Of a stretch of DNA of 64,000 nucleotides, positions 12,068 through 22,533 are shown in pieces. This DNA is from Rhizaria sp. SCN 62-66 (Eukaryota): the NCBI GenBank assembly GCA_001724265.1, contig MEDY01000072.1, positions 1 through 64,000 on the forward strand, read 5' to 3'. Below the pieces are notes generated by a model. It saw only the letters and a program-made list of their open reading frames with translations. It did not search any database and was not told where the DNA came from. A program made the position numbers and the translations under genes. Position 1 is the stretch's first letter; each line of letters begins with the position of its first letter.

Positions 12068-12641
12068 GCGTTAAGCGAGGAGACAACTGTCGCGTGGCTT
12101 AGCTGAGAGACTGTGGAAGAGGCGTGGCTGGCTCTGTGTGTGTGTGTGTGTGCTGAGACTAGGCAGCCATGAATCTGTGTCAAAATATTGTGTGGTGGGA
12201 TAAGGGCGGACGTATGGTGCGTTCTTGGTGGTTGGTTCAAATTTGCTGACCGCTACTGTGCAGTAATACACTGATTAGTTACTACTTTTGTTTGTTTTTC
12301 GACTCTCGAAGCTGACTGTGGGATGAGGCTCTGATTGCAGGCCGACCTAGAACAAGAACTTTGCTGTCGAGGTGTTATGTAATAACATGCGGTTGAAATA
12401 TAATATAGTATTCCCACTGTTATGTTTGATCGTGAAATTATACTTCATTTGACGATCATGGCCACGAGGTATTTGGTTGCGCCGTTCCAACTTCGCGTTG
12501 TCCTGATTGAGTCAAGCCAAAGTCACCAAATGTGTTTGAAGCTTACCATAAGGTTATTTGTTCCATGTCTTCTTGCAATTTAATAATGTTAGATTTATTA
12601 TATCACCCGGAGATTCGCGATCACTCTATAAGACGCTGAAA

Positions 12642-13592
12642 ATGTTCCGCTTTGGCCATGCCAAGGCACTGGTGCGGAGTGTCAGCCACCGTTCTGCCGT
12701 CCCGCGCTGCGCCATTTCCCAGACCGCTGCATCTGCGGTCTCTGCCACTGCTGTCACCGCGCGCACGTTTTCCTCGTCTTCAGGCTTCGTTTCATCTCCC
12801 GATGTTCGTCCCTACACCGGTCTCGCCGAGCTGACGTCGAGCCCCGTCTCCCTCCGCGCCTTCGTCGGCGCTGATTCTCAGTCCGCCCCTGCCGACTCTC
12901 AGTCGCAGTCGATGGCGCAGCTGTCCGAGGCCGAGATCGCGCGGCTCAGCGCGCTGTCGTACCTTGCGCCGCCCGACTCTCCCGCCGCGCTGGCCGCCGC
13001 GCAGGCTTCGCTGTCGGGTCTCGTGTCCTGGCTCGCCCGCCTGCCCGAGCTCGAGCAGCGCTGCACCGTTCCCGTCCCCGTCACCGGCGCCGCTACCGTC
13101 ACCGGTGGTCAGTCCCAGTCCGGCTTGCCGACCGCGGACTCCGCCGCTGCGGCGCAGCTGGAGCACCCGCTGTCGCCGCTGCCACTGCTGGCGCGTTCGC
13201 TGGGGCTCTCCATGGCGCTCGCCGCGCCCGCCGCGCCCGCGCTGCCCTTAACCATCCTCGCCACCCCCACCGTCACAGCGCACTGCGCTAGCGCCCTCGC
13301 CAGCGCCAGCACCAGCGCCAGTGCGAGTGCGAGTGGGTCGGCGGGCGATGCGGAAGCCGTGGAGGGCGTGCGGGCCGCGCCGGGGTCCCTGCTGCGCCTG
13401 CGTGCCGACATCGTCGGTGAGGGCGCTGGGCTAGGCTCCTCTGCGACTGCCGCTGCGGCTGAGTCGAGCTCGGCGGCTGCGGCGGCGGCGGCGGCGGAGG
13501 CCACGGCGGCGGCGCGCGCGCTGGTTGGCATGGGTGCCCACTCAGACCGCGGTTACTACACTGTGCCTGCGGCGGACGCGGACGAGGAGTGA
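12642..13592 (+). CDS. GATC: Mitochondrial glutamyl-tRNA(Gln) amidotransferase subunit C (GatC)-like
   Basis: Arg/Ser/Ala-rich N-terminus lacking acidic residues (MFRFGHAKALVRSVSHRS...) resembles a mitochondrial transit peptide. GatC-like blocks LSEAEIARLSALSYL...LSGLVSWLARLPEL, LRLRADIV and terminal ALVGMGAHSDRGYYTVP are separated by Ala-rich insertions. Confidence 0.7.
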   Translation: MFRFGHAKALVRSVSHRSAVPRCAISQTAASAVSATAVTARTFSSSSGFVSSPDVRPYTGLAELTSSPVSLRAFVGADSQSAPADSQSQSMAQLSEAEIARLSALSYLAPPDSPAALAAAQASLSGLVSWLARLPELEQRCTVPVPVTGAATVTGGQSQSGLPTADSAAAAQLEHPLSPLPLLARSLGLSMALAAPAAPALPLTILATPTVTAHCASALASASTSASASASGSAGDAEAVEGVRAAPGSLLRLRADIVGEGAGLGSSATAAAAESSSAAAAAAAAEATAAARALVGMGAHSDRGYYTVPAADADEE

Positions 13593-14264
13593 ACTCGTCA
13601 AATGAGTAAGCTCAGTTGATCAACAAGCAGGATCAGAGACCGGCAGTTAGCTCGAGCGTGCCTTGGATTTAAAGTGAAGTATATGTGGGAGATAACAGTT
13701 TTTAGCACATGCTGAGCGCTGCTGTGGTTGTTAAAGGGCCACACGTTTATTTAAGCTACAAAGAGTGGACCAAGCGAGTAATACACAAGAGTAATTTTGA
13801 TGACTAATTTTGATGACCATAATGCAAATCAGAGTGGAAGTGCGTGTATTGCGGGATAAATGGGGAAGTGAAGTCATAATTACGAGTAGTGGATGCGCGA
13901 GCACAGAGCGCGAGCAGTAGAGGGAGACCGAATAAGCGAGATATGGGGACGCACTGTGTTAAGAGTATACAGTCGTTCCGTGCAATGTCAACCAGTCTCG
14001 CAATGAACATGTTTAAAAGCTCTGTTGCGGCGTCGCCTTACAAAGCGCGCCATGCAGTGCGCGGCCTGGGGACACGCAGCTCCGTGAGGTACACACCGTT
14101 CGCGTATACAGAGTCACACACAGCCAGCTCACACGTCTTGAAAGGGCCGTTACACTTTTGCGCAACAAGTCCATAAAACGAACACAAACAAGGTGGATAC
14201 AAACAGAGAGTTAGGTGGTGAAGCGCAAACACAAGGCACTGCGCTTGGTCACAGTGCGTGGCGC

Positions 14265-14972
14265 TCAGTCGTCGTACCAGCCGTCGAGGCCCTTGGCGTC
14301 GTAGTTGGTGAAGCAGCTGAACTCGTTCTGGAGATTACTCGCGTGTTCGGGGTGGAAGCGGCACTCGCGCCAGCCGGCGTGCGCGCGGACCGACTCGGCC
14401 ATGACGGCGCCTGAGTTGTAGCACATCGGCGTCGTCTCGGGGTCGCGCGCGAGGATGCGCATCGACTCGATCGTGAGGCGCATCGTGTTATCGTCCAGGT
14501 ACGGCGGGTCCGCCATGACGTAGTCGAACGAGCCGCGGAGCTCCTCGGGGATGCGCTCGGGATGGTTGAAGTCGAAGTAGCAGAAGAGGTCGCCGTACGT
14601 GTCGCCAAAGCGGCGGTCGTACTCGAAGACCATCGCCTCAGTCTCCCCGTCGTCGCCCGCAGCCTCGAGCTGCTCGCGCGCAGCCACGAATGCACTGGGA
14701 CAAGAGACGAACGCGACGCGCTTGAGGCCCGAGAGCGAGGCCGCCTGGCCGCCGATCGACAGCGCCTCCTGGGCAAGGCGCGTCGCGGTGGGCTTCGAGT
14801 ACCAGAACTGGGACATGCCGAAAAGCTCGCCGACCTTGTTGGAGCATTCACGCGAGTGCTCGGTGGCGCCAGCGTCCAGGTCGCGGGTCGTCTGCGTCAC
14901 AGACTTGTTCATGTGCTCCAGGATGGCAGCGCGGGCAGCCGGGCTAAGCATGGAAAGACGGGAAGTGTCCAT
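14265..14972 (-). CDS. EEF1AKMT1: EEF1A lysine methyltransferase 1 (N6AMT2/Efm5 family)
   Basis: Family motifs MSQFWYS, VAFVSCPS, FEYDRRF, FCYFDFNHP, ADPPYL and HASNLQNEFSCFTNY. ATG at 14972 is preferred over the upstream ORF-track start. Confidence 0.9.
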   Translation of the reverse strand: MDTSRLSMLSPAARAAILEHMNKSVTQTTRDLDAGATEHSRECSNKVGELFGMSQFWYSKPTATRLAQEALSIGGQAASLSGLKRVAFVSCPSAFVAAREQLEAAGDDGETEAMVFEYDRRFGDTYGDLFCYFDFNHPERIPEELRGSFDYVMADPPYLDDNTMRLTIESMRILARDPETTPMCYNSGAVMAESVRAHAGWRECRFHPEHASNLQNEFSCFTNYDAKGLDGWYDD

Positions 14973-15744
14973 GGGGTTCTGTTGGTGTCGGTCAATGTGG
15001 GGTGGGAAGCAAGTAAAATGGGGTAAAGGTGAAGCCGAAGTCGGGAACGAGGCAATGCAGAGGTCAGGAGTCGAAGGACTACAAAAAACAGATATATTCG
15101 TCAGGAAGGCGTCGTAACAGTGGACTTGGAGATATTTGAGCATACGAACACATATCATAGGCATACAATACGCCAACGCCATATTTCAGGCACCTTATAA
15201 CGGAGACGAACATGAAACAATTTTGATTTGAGCCGACCTCCCGACCATCGGCCCGATCGCAACAAAAAAGTGCATTTCAGGTCCTCCTTTCGGACCGAAA
15301 AAAGACCTCCGAAAGAACCGATTTGCATGCATATCAGGACATAAATAAGCACATGTAAGGTTTGGTACATGATATATTGCCAGCTTTAAGTAGTTGCAGC
15401 TCTCATTTTGTATTTTGCATTCGCACTGTGATATCTATCCCGAAATAACTTGTCGCAGCCACGCTCTGTTGCATCTTCTTTGGTTATAATCCACTGATCA
15501 TTATCTATACGTATCAAAACAAACAATTCCACTGCGACATAAACTCATAAACAGCATACTATCGTTCAAGAACGCTCTATACGCGCGTTTTGTCGTGCAA
15601 AAATGGTACACTTTAACTCGTCATGTGTACGAGCCAACTCGTCAGTCACAATCTTGTGGACAGAGACCACGGCTTTTATGCACAATGCAGCCAACAGTAA
15701 ATAAACTGCTCGGCCACATCGCCAATGCCATCATTGCGCCCCGC

Positions 15745-16734
15745 TTAGAGCCCCTGGAGCCTGCGGAGACGCGCCTCGATGTCGTTGTCGATATTGCCAC
15801 CGCCACCGCCGCCGCTGCCGCCGCTCGCGCCGCCGCCGCCGCCGCCAGAGCCACCGGAGCCGGAGCCGCCATCCTTACCGTCCTTGCCATCCTTGCCGTC
15901 CTTGTCGTCGTCGCCCTTCTTCTTGGTGTTGGTGGCGCCCACGGTCACGGCCTCCTTCTTACCGTCGGTCTCGGCCGCCGCGGTCTGCGACACGGCGGCC
16001 TTCTTGCGCGCGACGCCCGTGCCGTCGAACTGGACCTCAACCTCGAGCCCGTGCTCGTCGGCCACCTGCTGCATGAGCCCCTCAACCTCGGTCTCCGGCG
16101 TCGCCATCGCCATGGAGGACGCCATCGAACTCTCCATGCCCTTGCACGCGATGTCCAGGTCCTCGAACTGCTGCTCGAACTGATCCATCACGCTCGTGAG
16201 CTTCACGACGTCGAGCGAGTCCTTCATGATGCTGTTCATGCTTGACACCACGCCCGCCATCGACTTGCTCACATTCTTCATCCGGATCGCGTTCTCCACG
16301 CGCTGGTGCACCGCAGACAGTCGCGACGACAGCCGCAAATAAGACAGCGCCTGGTTCTTCTCGCGGATCGCAGTCTCGGCGAAGATGCGCGCGCCGTCCA
16401 TGTTGCCCTTCTCCATCGCCGTCTTGCACTGGGCCTTAGCGCGCGTCGCGTTCTCGGTGCACTTGGACGACTGGCGGTTCAGCTGCTTCGCCATGAACTG
16501 CGATCGCGGCGAATCGCGGCACAGCAAAGTAAACACAGACACACATGCACAAAGAAAAGATAGAAAGAGAGAATGACAGTCAGTGAGGTAAGAGTGCGTC
16601 ATCGATGAGATAGATGTCGACATGTTGTGAGTCGACATGTTGTGAAAGAGGGAGAGTTGAGCTTTGAAGCCTTGTGCCAGTGAACGTACCTTGAGGTTGA
16701 AGGCATGGTCCTCAATAGACTGACCGGAGCCCAT
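15745..16734 (-). CDS. CHMP1: ESCRT-III-associated CHMP1/Did2/Vps46 (Snf7 family)
   Basis: Exons 16734-16690 and 16497-15745, with a 192-nt GTACGT...CAG intron, give FNLKFMAKQLNRQSSKC...KGNMDGARIFAETAIR...MDQFEQQFEDLD...LMQQVADEHGLE and a C-terminal MIM1-like DIEARLRRL. Confidence 0.93.
   Translation of the reverse strand: MGSGQSIEDHAFNLKVRSLAQGFKAQLSLFHNMSTHNMSTSISSMTHSYLTDCHSLFLSFLCACVSVFTLLCRDSPRSQFMAKQLNRQSSKCTENATRAKAQCKTAMEKGNMDGARIFAETAIREKNQALSYLRLSSRLSAVHQRVENAIRMKNVSKSMAGVVSSMNSIMKDSLDVVKLTSVMDQFEQQFEDLDIACKGMESSMASSMAMATPETEVEGLMQQVADEHGLEVEVQFDGTGVARKKAAVSQTAAAETDGKKEAVTVGATNTKKKGDDDKDGKDGKDGKDGGSGSGGSGGGGGGASGGSGGGGGGNIDNDIEARLRRLQGL
16616..16645. repeat. Perfect 15-bp tandem duplication inside the CHMP1 intron
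   Basis: gtcgacatgttgtga x2. Confidence 0.85.
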
Positions 16735-17359
16735 GATGTGATAGTGTAGTCGAAGCTGGGAAGCTGAACGAGGTGCTGAGCCGTGGGTTTGCTGTCTTCT
16801 GTGGATGCTTCAAGCAACGATGGGTGCTAGAGGGTGCTAGAAGGATGAATTTCAAGATACAAGTGGGAATTTGGAGTATGTGGTGAGTGGTTTTACAAAG
16901 GACATTAACATTAATGCGTGGATCCACTAACAAAATCTTCTGGAAGGTCACAGAAGCCTTGTAATATGAAAGTGTGAGTGCAGATCGAGGCGATGCTCCA
17001 AGTCGTCGAGAAGCTCCGACAAAAAGTCGCGAAATGCAGCGTAGTTGAGAGATGAGAGTGTTTAACAAAGTAAACAAATGCATGATCCCAAGTAAATCCA
17101 CATGGAGCGACAGACTTGCGAGTGACGGTCAGGTTGCCGAGATACGTAGCAAAACTCTATGCCACCTCAAATCATTCTGGGCTTGAGTTTGGAGCGTGTA
17201 CCAATCAAACAAGAGGAGAGCAGACTGGTTTTTCGTGTCCAGCATAACCAAATAATTACTCGCATCTATGAATGTAACATATTATGTATGCAAAGGTATG
17301 TTAGGACTAGGTAGGCAATAATTTCATTGAGACGCGCGTATTAACCACATTCAAGCCAC

Positions 17360-18508
17360 TTATGGCGAGCGGCTACGACTGCGGCTGCGGCTACGGCTGC
17401 GGCTACGGGACCGCGACAGCGACCGCGCACGCTTGCGCGACGCCGCCGGCGCCTCCCCCGCCGCGCCTGTCCCGTCGACGCCGCCGTCGTACGCCCCGGT
17501 CCCACCGCCCGCGCCGGCGGCGGCGGCGGCGGCAGCGGCGGCGGCGGCGGCAGCGGGGTTGGTGACTGCCCCGAGCATCGCGGCGGCCTGGAACGGCAGC
17601 GCACCCGGAAGCAGCCCGGCGCCGGGGGCGAGCCCGCCCAGGGCGCCCGCGGCGGCGAGCTGCGCGACCTCGTGCTGCTTGCGCTGGCTCCACCCGCCGC
17701 GTTCGCGGTCGAAGTTCTCGCGGTGGTCGTCGCGCACCTGCAGATGAAATGTAACGAATATAGGGGCATATAGCGCAAATAAATAATAAGATTTACAAAC
17801 GAACTCAATGAAGACACACGGAAAACACACATTATAAACACTTTTGTGCGAATTAGTTTGATAAGACTTCAATGGGTGTCATATATCTGGTCGCATGTAG
17901 ATTCGCAATATTGAGAAGTTCGCTATAAAGTGAGTCGTACCTGTCCACCGGTGCGGCCCTTGCCGAACTCGCGTCCGCTCTCAAACCCGGGGTCGAGGTC
18001 AACACGGATGTTGCGCCCATCAAGCTTGGCGCCCGAGAGCGTCTCGACCGCCGCCACAGCGCCAGCGTGAGCGACGAACTCGACGAAGCAGAAGCCACAC
18101 GGAGTCTTTTCCAGACGGTTCAGGCCCTGCGCAAACAAACACGAAACAAAACGATAAGTCGGAGACACGTTAGGCCAGCTCATTATAGTGCACCTAAAAC
18201 AGTTGCATGAAACAGCATATCGATTGAGTGTGAGCTCAGGAGGATTGAGGGGGACGTACCATGATGATGCGCTTGACGGGGCCAGCGATTGAGAAGAAAG
18301 CGAGGATCTGCACCTCCGTAGTTGCGAAGCCGAGGTTACCAACGTAGACTGTGGTAGACACTGAGAGGTTGTGCATCATTTTGGTCCATTCTTCGGGGGA
18401 GTTGAAGCCCTGGCGAGCGACGAGGTAGGGGCTGATACTGTCGAACTTGCTGTCGTTGGCGGGCGCCGAGGTCGACTTGACGAACAGACTGACAGCACTC
18501 CCAGACAT
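17360..18508 (-). CDS. NCBP2: Nuclear cap-binding protein subunit 2 (CBP20) with C-terminal RS tail
   Basis: Exons 18508-18260, 18126-17941 and 17737-17360 (GTACGT and GTACGA donors) give STTVYVGNL...[22 protein letters not shown]...IRVDLDPGF...GKGRTGGQVRDD, the CBP20 signature. Ends RSRSRSRSRSRSRSP. Confidence 0.95.
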
Positions 18509-18912
18509 AGTGGCTTATATAATTGAAGTCACGAGTCGTTTACTAAGGATTGTTTCCCAAAAGCGTCGGATTAAACTATTTGGCGATCAATCGAGGAAGG
18601 TATGGCCACGCTTTGATCAAACCGTTGGGCGCTTCTTCATGCATGGCATCAGTCGGGGTCGCAAAAATCGCGCCCCGCCAGCCAGCTTGTTTGTTTGCGA
18701 GCGACGTCGGCTGCGTTCATGTTATCTTCACCTACTCCCGTGTACCGTCTGCCAAATCACATCTGAACACCATATACTTATAATATGTTTACGAGCACGC
18801 ATGTTAATTAAATTACATATCTAATCGCGACAAACATCAATTCGCTGTCGTTCTTGGAGTCTCTAAGTGTGCACGCTCTCCTTGGATCACCACTCCTTTT
18901 TGTTGTTTCAGC

Positions 18913-21900
18913 ATGCGCTGGCTAACTTCGCGCACGGCTCTTGTGGCGCTTTTTGCGCTTGTTTGTGGCGGCGTGTTTGCGCTTGCCGAGGACCCGCTGC
19001 CGTTCCTTGACATCAAGTACGATCTGCACGCCGCCGCGACCGTGGTGGATACCGTGCCTGTGACCGTACAGCTGCCTGCCAACGTCGAGATCGGCAACAG
19101 CTACGTCGTCATCGTGGACGACAAGTTTGACGTGTCCGAACACATCCGCAAGGACTCGATTCTCTGCTCGCACACGGGCCACGACGACTTCATCGTGCCC
19201 ACTTCCGTGAAGGCCGGCGCCGACAACACCCGCATTGTGTTCCCCGTCAAGGTGGCTGCCGCCAAGGACGCCGTCGTCACCGTCGCCTGCTCCGTGCTCT
19301 ACCCCGGTAAGATGCACGAGGAGGTCTTCCAGGCCGGCGCTGCCGTGCAGAACGCCGACGGTGTCGTTCTGATGGAGTCCATCATCATCGAGTCGCGCGA
19401 CATCGAGGCCCTGCCTGAGGCGAGCTTTCTCTCGGCCGCGCGCGGCCTTGACGCCACCCCACCCTTCATCAACGCTGACGTCAAGATCTCCGCCACCTTC
19501 GGCCCCGTGCCCGCGCCCACGGGCGATTTTGCGCGCTTTGAGCTCGAGGTCGAGCTGCCCGGCATGACGGTGGGCCAGAAGCCCGCCTGCTCCATCGCCC
19601 AGGGTCCCACGGGCGCCACGTGCTCCTGCACCACCGCGGGCAAGATGCTTATCACGCTGCCCGACGCTGCGGCCGCCGTGCCGCTTGTCAGCGCGTCCTG
19701 CGGCGTGCGCACGCCCAACACTGCGCAGCCCTCGTTGCAGGACCTGTTGGCGACGCTATACGGCGTCCCCGCCGCTGCGGGCTCCGAGCGCACCGTCGCT
19801 TCGGTGCTGCGCGGTGTCACGCTGCCCGCACTGGACCCCGCCGACGCGGGCGCGACGGCCACGATGACGTTCGAGCCGTCGACGCTGGGCGTCAAGGTCG
19901 CCGTCCGCGCCAAGGTCACCGAGCTCAAGATCGCGCTCGCGGCCAAGGAGATCGTCTACGTCGACATGCCCCAGGGTGCCGCCATCAACGCCGAGGCCCT
20001 CACGTGCGCCGTGCTCGCGGCCGACGGCGAGCGCACCACGATCCCCTGTTCGTACACTGCGCCGGAGAACCCCGAGGAGGTTGTTTACGTGCGCATGGTG
20101 CTGCCTGACGGTGCCGCCTTCCCTGTCGGCTCGACCGCGACGTTCGAGGCGAGCCCCGTGCTGATGCCGATGGTGTGGTCCGACGCGCTGCTCGACGTTG
20201 AGTTTGTGTCGGCCGACGACGGGCCCGTACGCGCGTCTTCGCTGCTCACCGTCACGCCCCCTGGCCAGCGCAAGGGCACCGCGGCGTGGACCCAGGACTC
20301 TGTGCTGCCGCTCACCCCCGCGACCTTCACGCTCGCCATCCCGCCGTTCGAGCGTCCGCTGCCCGAAGGCGCGGCGCTGCGCCTCACGCTGCCGCTGCTC
20401 TGGGCGCCCGACGCGGGCACGCAGTGCACGATGGCGTCCAAGCCCATGACTCCGCTGGCGATGCTGGAGGGCGGCGCGTGGGAGACACGCACCACGGCCG
20501 CGCAGGTCAACGCCGACTACACACTCGTCTGCGGGCCCTTCACGCTTCCCTCGCTGCCGCAGGACGCCTTTGGCGGCACTGTGAGCGTGCACTGGAGCGT
20601 TAACGACGACGCGTCGTCGCTTGACACGCTGATGGCGCCCGCGATCCTGAGCTATACGTTCCCGAACTCGCGGACCGAGCTCGCGGCGCCGCAGGCCAAG
20701 GCGACCACCACCTTCACTGTGCTCATCGACCAGCTCCCCGCGCTGCACAAGGACGATCGCGTCGAGATCGACCTCTCGGCCGCGCCCGCACTGCGCTACG
20801 CCGCGGGCGGGGTCGCTGACTGCACCGTCGGCGACGCCAGCGCCGCTCTCGCGGGCTCGTTCGACGAGGCCACCTCGCTGCTCCTGCTCGACTACGCAGT
20901 CGGCGACCCCGTCAAGCCCTCCGATTCGGGCTTTATTACGGTGCGCTGCCCCGCGACGCTCGGCAACGCCGCGCCCGCCGCGACCGTGGGCGTCCGCCTG
21001 CTCCGCCGCCCCTCGGCATTCGAGGACTGGCGCCCGGTTGGCGCCAACAGTGCTGCACCCTTCCCGGCCGTGCTCTCTGAGGACACGCTCGGCGTCAAGC
21101 TTTTCGAGACGCAGCTGCCCGAGCCCGTGGTGTCGCGCACCGGACAGGGCCTGCGCATCGCCGTCGTCCCGCTGCCCATCGCCGTCCCCGCGGGTGCCGC
21201 GTTGACGCTGGCGCTGCCGGCCGGCTGGTCGGTGGTGCCGGCCAAGGACGACGCAGACGCTTGCCAGGGCACCTTCGACACCGGCGACCGCCCCTGGTCC
21301 GGCGTTGCTGTACGCGGCAACACGACGCTGTCGGAGCAGCTGCTCAAGTTCACCTTCAAGTCCGCGCTGCCGCTCGACCTCAACGCCGCGCTGCGCCTCG
21401 AGTGCTACGGGATCGTGCCTCCGGCCGCCGCCGCGCTGCCCACCGCGGCGGCCGCGGAGCTCATCGTCAACGGCGAGGTCGTCGCGCACTCGGTCACGGT
21501 GCAGTGGCCCGAGATCTTCGCCGCGGCGCCGGGCCGCCAGGTCGCGCGCACCACTGCGACCGTGTCCGTGGCCGCGGGCGAGGACGACAAGAAGCGCGAT
21601 GATGCCGTGTTCGGCATCGTGGCGTTTGGCCGCGTCGCCGCCGCCATTGCCGAGGGCGCGCTGCTGGCTCCGCGCGACGTCGTGCGGCACGTCGCGACGC
21701 CGCTGTCGGCCACCAAGCTGCAGCTCACCTTCTCGACCGAGCGCCCCGTCGGCTTCACGACGATCGGTGATGTTGTCACGCGTGTCAACGCCCACACGGC
21801 GGCGATCAAGGCGGCCATGGCGGCCATGCTGCCTGAGTTCACGATTGACGCCGTGCGCGCCGATCTGGACTCGGTCCCCGCGCACTGCTTCGACGCCGCC

Positions 21901-22119
21901 AAGACGGACACGGAGACGGACGTTGACTGCGGCGGCGGCGAGTGCCACGGCTGCCAGACCGGCAAGGCGTGCCAGATCAACGGCGACTGCCTCAGCTCGG
22001 CCTGCGATAAGAAGACCATGAAGTGCGTCAACATCAACGCGGCCACCGGCGTCACTGCTGGTGGTGCCTTCGCGCTCGCGACGGTCGTGATCGCCGCGCT
22101 TCTGCTCGCGATGTTCTAA
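18913..22119 (+). CDS. Large cell-surface protein: signal peptide, tandem beta-rich domains, Cys-rich ETDVDCGG module, C-terminal hydrophobic (GPI/TM) tail
   Basis: 1068-aa single ORF with coding-type codon usage. N-terminus MRWLTSRTALVALFALVCGGVFA; C-terminus CFDAAKTDTETDVDCGGGECHGC...CLSSAC...C, then NAATGVTAGGAFALATVVIAALLLAMF with no cytoplasmic tail. Confidence 0.85.
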   Translation: MRWLTSRTALVALFALVCGGVFALAEDPLPFLDIKYDLHAAATVVDTVPVTVQLPANVEIGNSYVVIVDDKFDVSEHIRKDSILCSHTGHDDFIVPTSVKAGADNTRIVFPVKVAAAKDAVVTVACSVLYPGKMHEEVFQAGAAVQNADGVVLMESIIIESRDIEALPEASFLSAARGLDATPPFINADVKISATFGPVPAPTGDFARFELEVELPGMTVGQKPACSIAQGPTGATCSCTTAGKMLITLPDAAAAVPLVSASCGVRTPNTAQPSLQDLLATLYGVPAAAGSERTVASVLRGVTLPALDPADAGATATMTFEPSTLGVKVAVRAKVTELKIALAAKEIVYVDMPQGAAINAEALTCAVLAADGERTTIPCSYTAPENPEEVVYVRMVLPDGAAFPVGSTATFEASPVLMPMVWSDALLDVEFVSADDGPVRASSLLTVTPPGQRKGTAAWTQDSVLPLTPATFTLAIPPFERPLPEGAALRLTLPLLWAPDAGTQCTMASKPMTPLAMLEGGAWETRTTAAQVNADYTLVCGPFTLPSLPQDAFGGTVSVHWSVNDDASSLDTLMAPAILSYTFPNSRTELAAPQAKATTTFTVLIDQLPALHKDDRVEIDLSAAPALRYAAGGVADCTVGDASAALAGSFDEATSLLLLDYAVGDPVKPSDSGFITVRCPATLGNAAPAATVGVRLLRRPSAFEDWRPVGANSAAPFPAVLSEDTLGVKLFETQLPEPVVSRTGQGLRIAVVPLPIAVPAGAALTLALPAGWSVVPAKDDADACQGTFDTGDRPWSGVAVRGNTTLSEQLLKFTFKSALPLDLNAALRLECYGIVPPAAAALPTAAAAELIVNGEVVAHSVTVQWPEIFAAAPGRQVARTTATVSVAAGEDDKKRDDAVFGIVAFGRVAAAIAEGALLAPRDVVRHVATPLSATKLQLTFSTERPVGFTTIGDVVTRVNAHTAAIKAAMAAMLPEFTIDAVRADLDSVPAHCFDAAKTDTETDVDCGGGECHGCQTGKACQINGDCLSSACDKKTMKCVNINAATGVTAGGAFALATVVIAALLLAMF

Positions 22120-22533
22120 GCCGAAGAACGACACGGCTGACTTTTACAAAAGCCTGATATAGGCCATATATATTGATATACGTGCTTGACTTTATACTGC
22201 GATGAAGAGCAATGCCATGAAAGAAATCTTGGACTGCTGCTGTTCTTCAATATTAATTTCCAATACATAGAGCAATTTTTACCGAACGTCAATGTGAGTG
22301 TGACCGCGAGCAGCGATGATGAAGAGAGAGATGAAAGCCGTTTCACTTTGCATTATTGTAAACAAGCCAGTATTCTATGAATTCGTCGTCATTGTCATTG
22401 TCGTACTATTTTAGAAATGTATGCTACTTAATTGAACATTATCTCTAATTATTAGTTCTGATAGTGTCTTTACGTGTCGCTTTAGCCTAAGCAAGAACTC
22501 AGACCGATATAGACTAGCATTAAGGACGGCACG

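Noticed and set aside
14973-15182. N-terminal extensions in the ORF track (EEF1AKMT1 from 15182; likewise kinesin from 4425, GatC from 12558, V-ATPase D from 59942)
   Set aside because: They run through 5'UTR or intron sequence; the spliced models or downstream ATGs restore family-typical N-termini.
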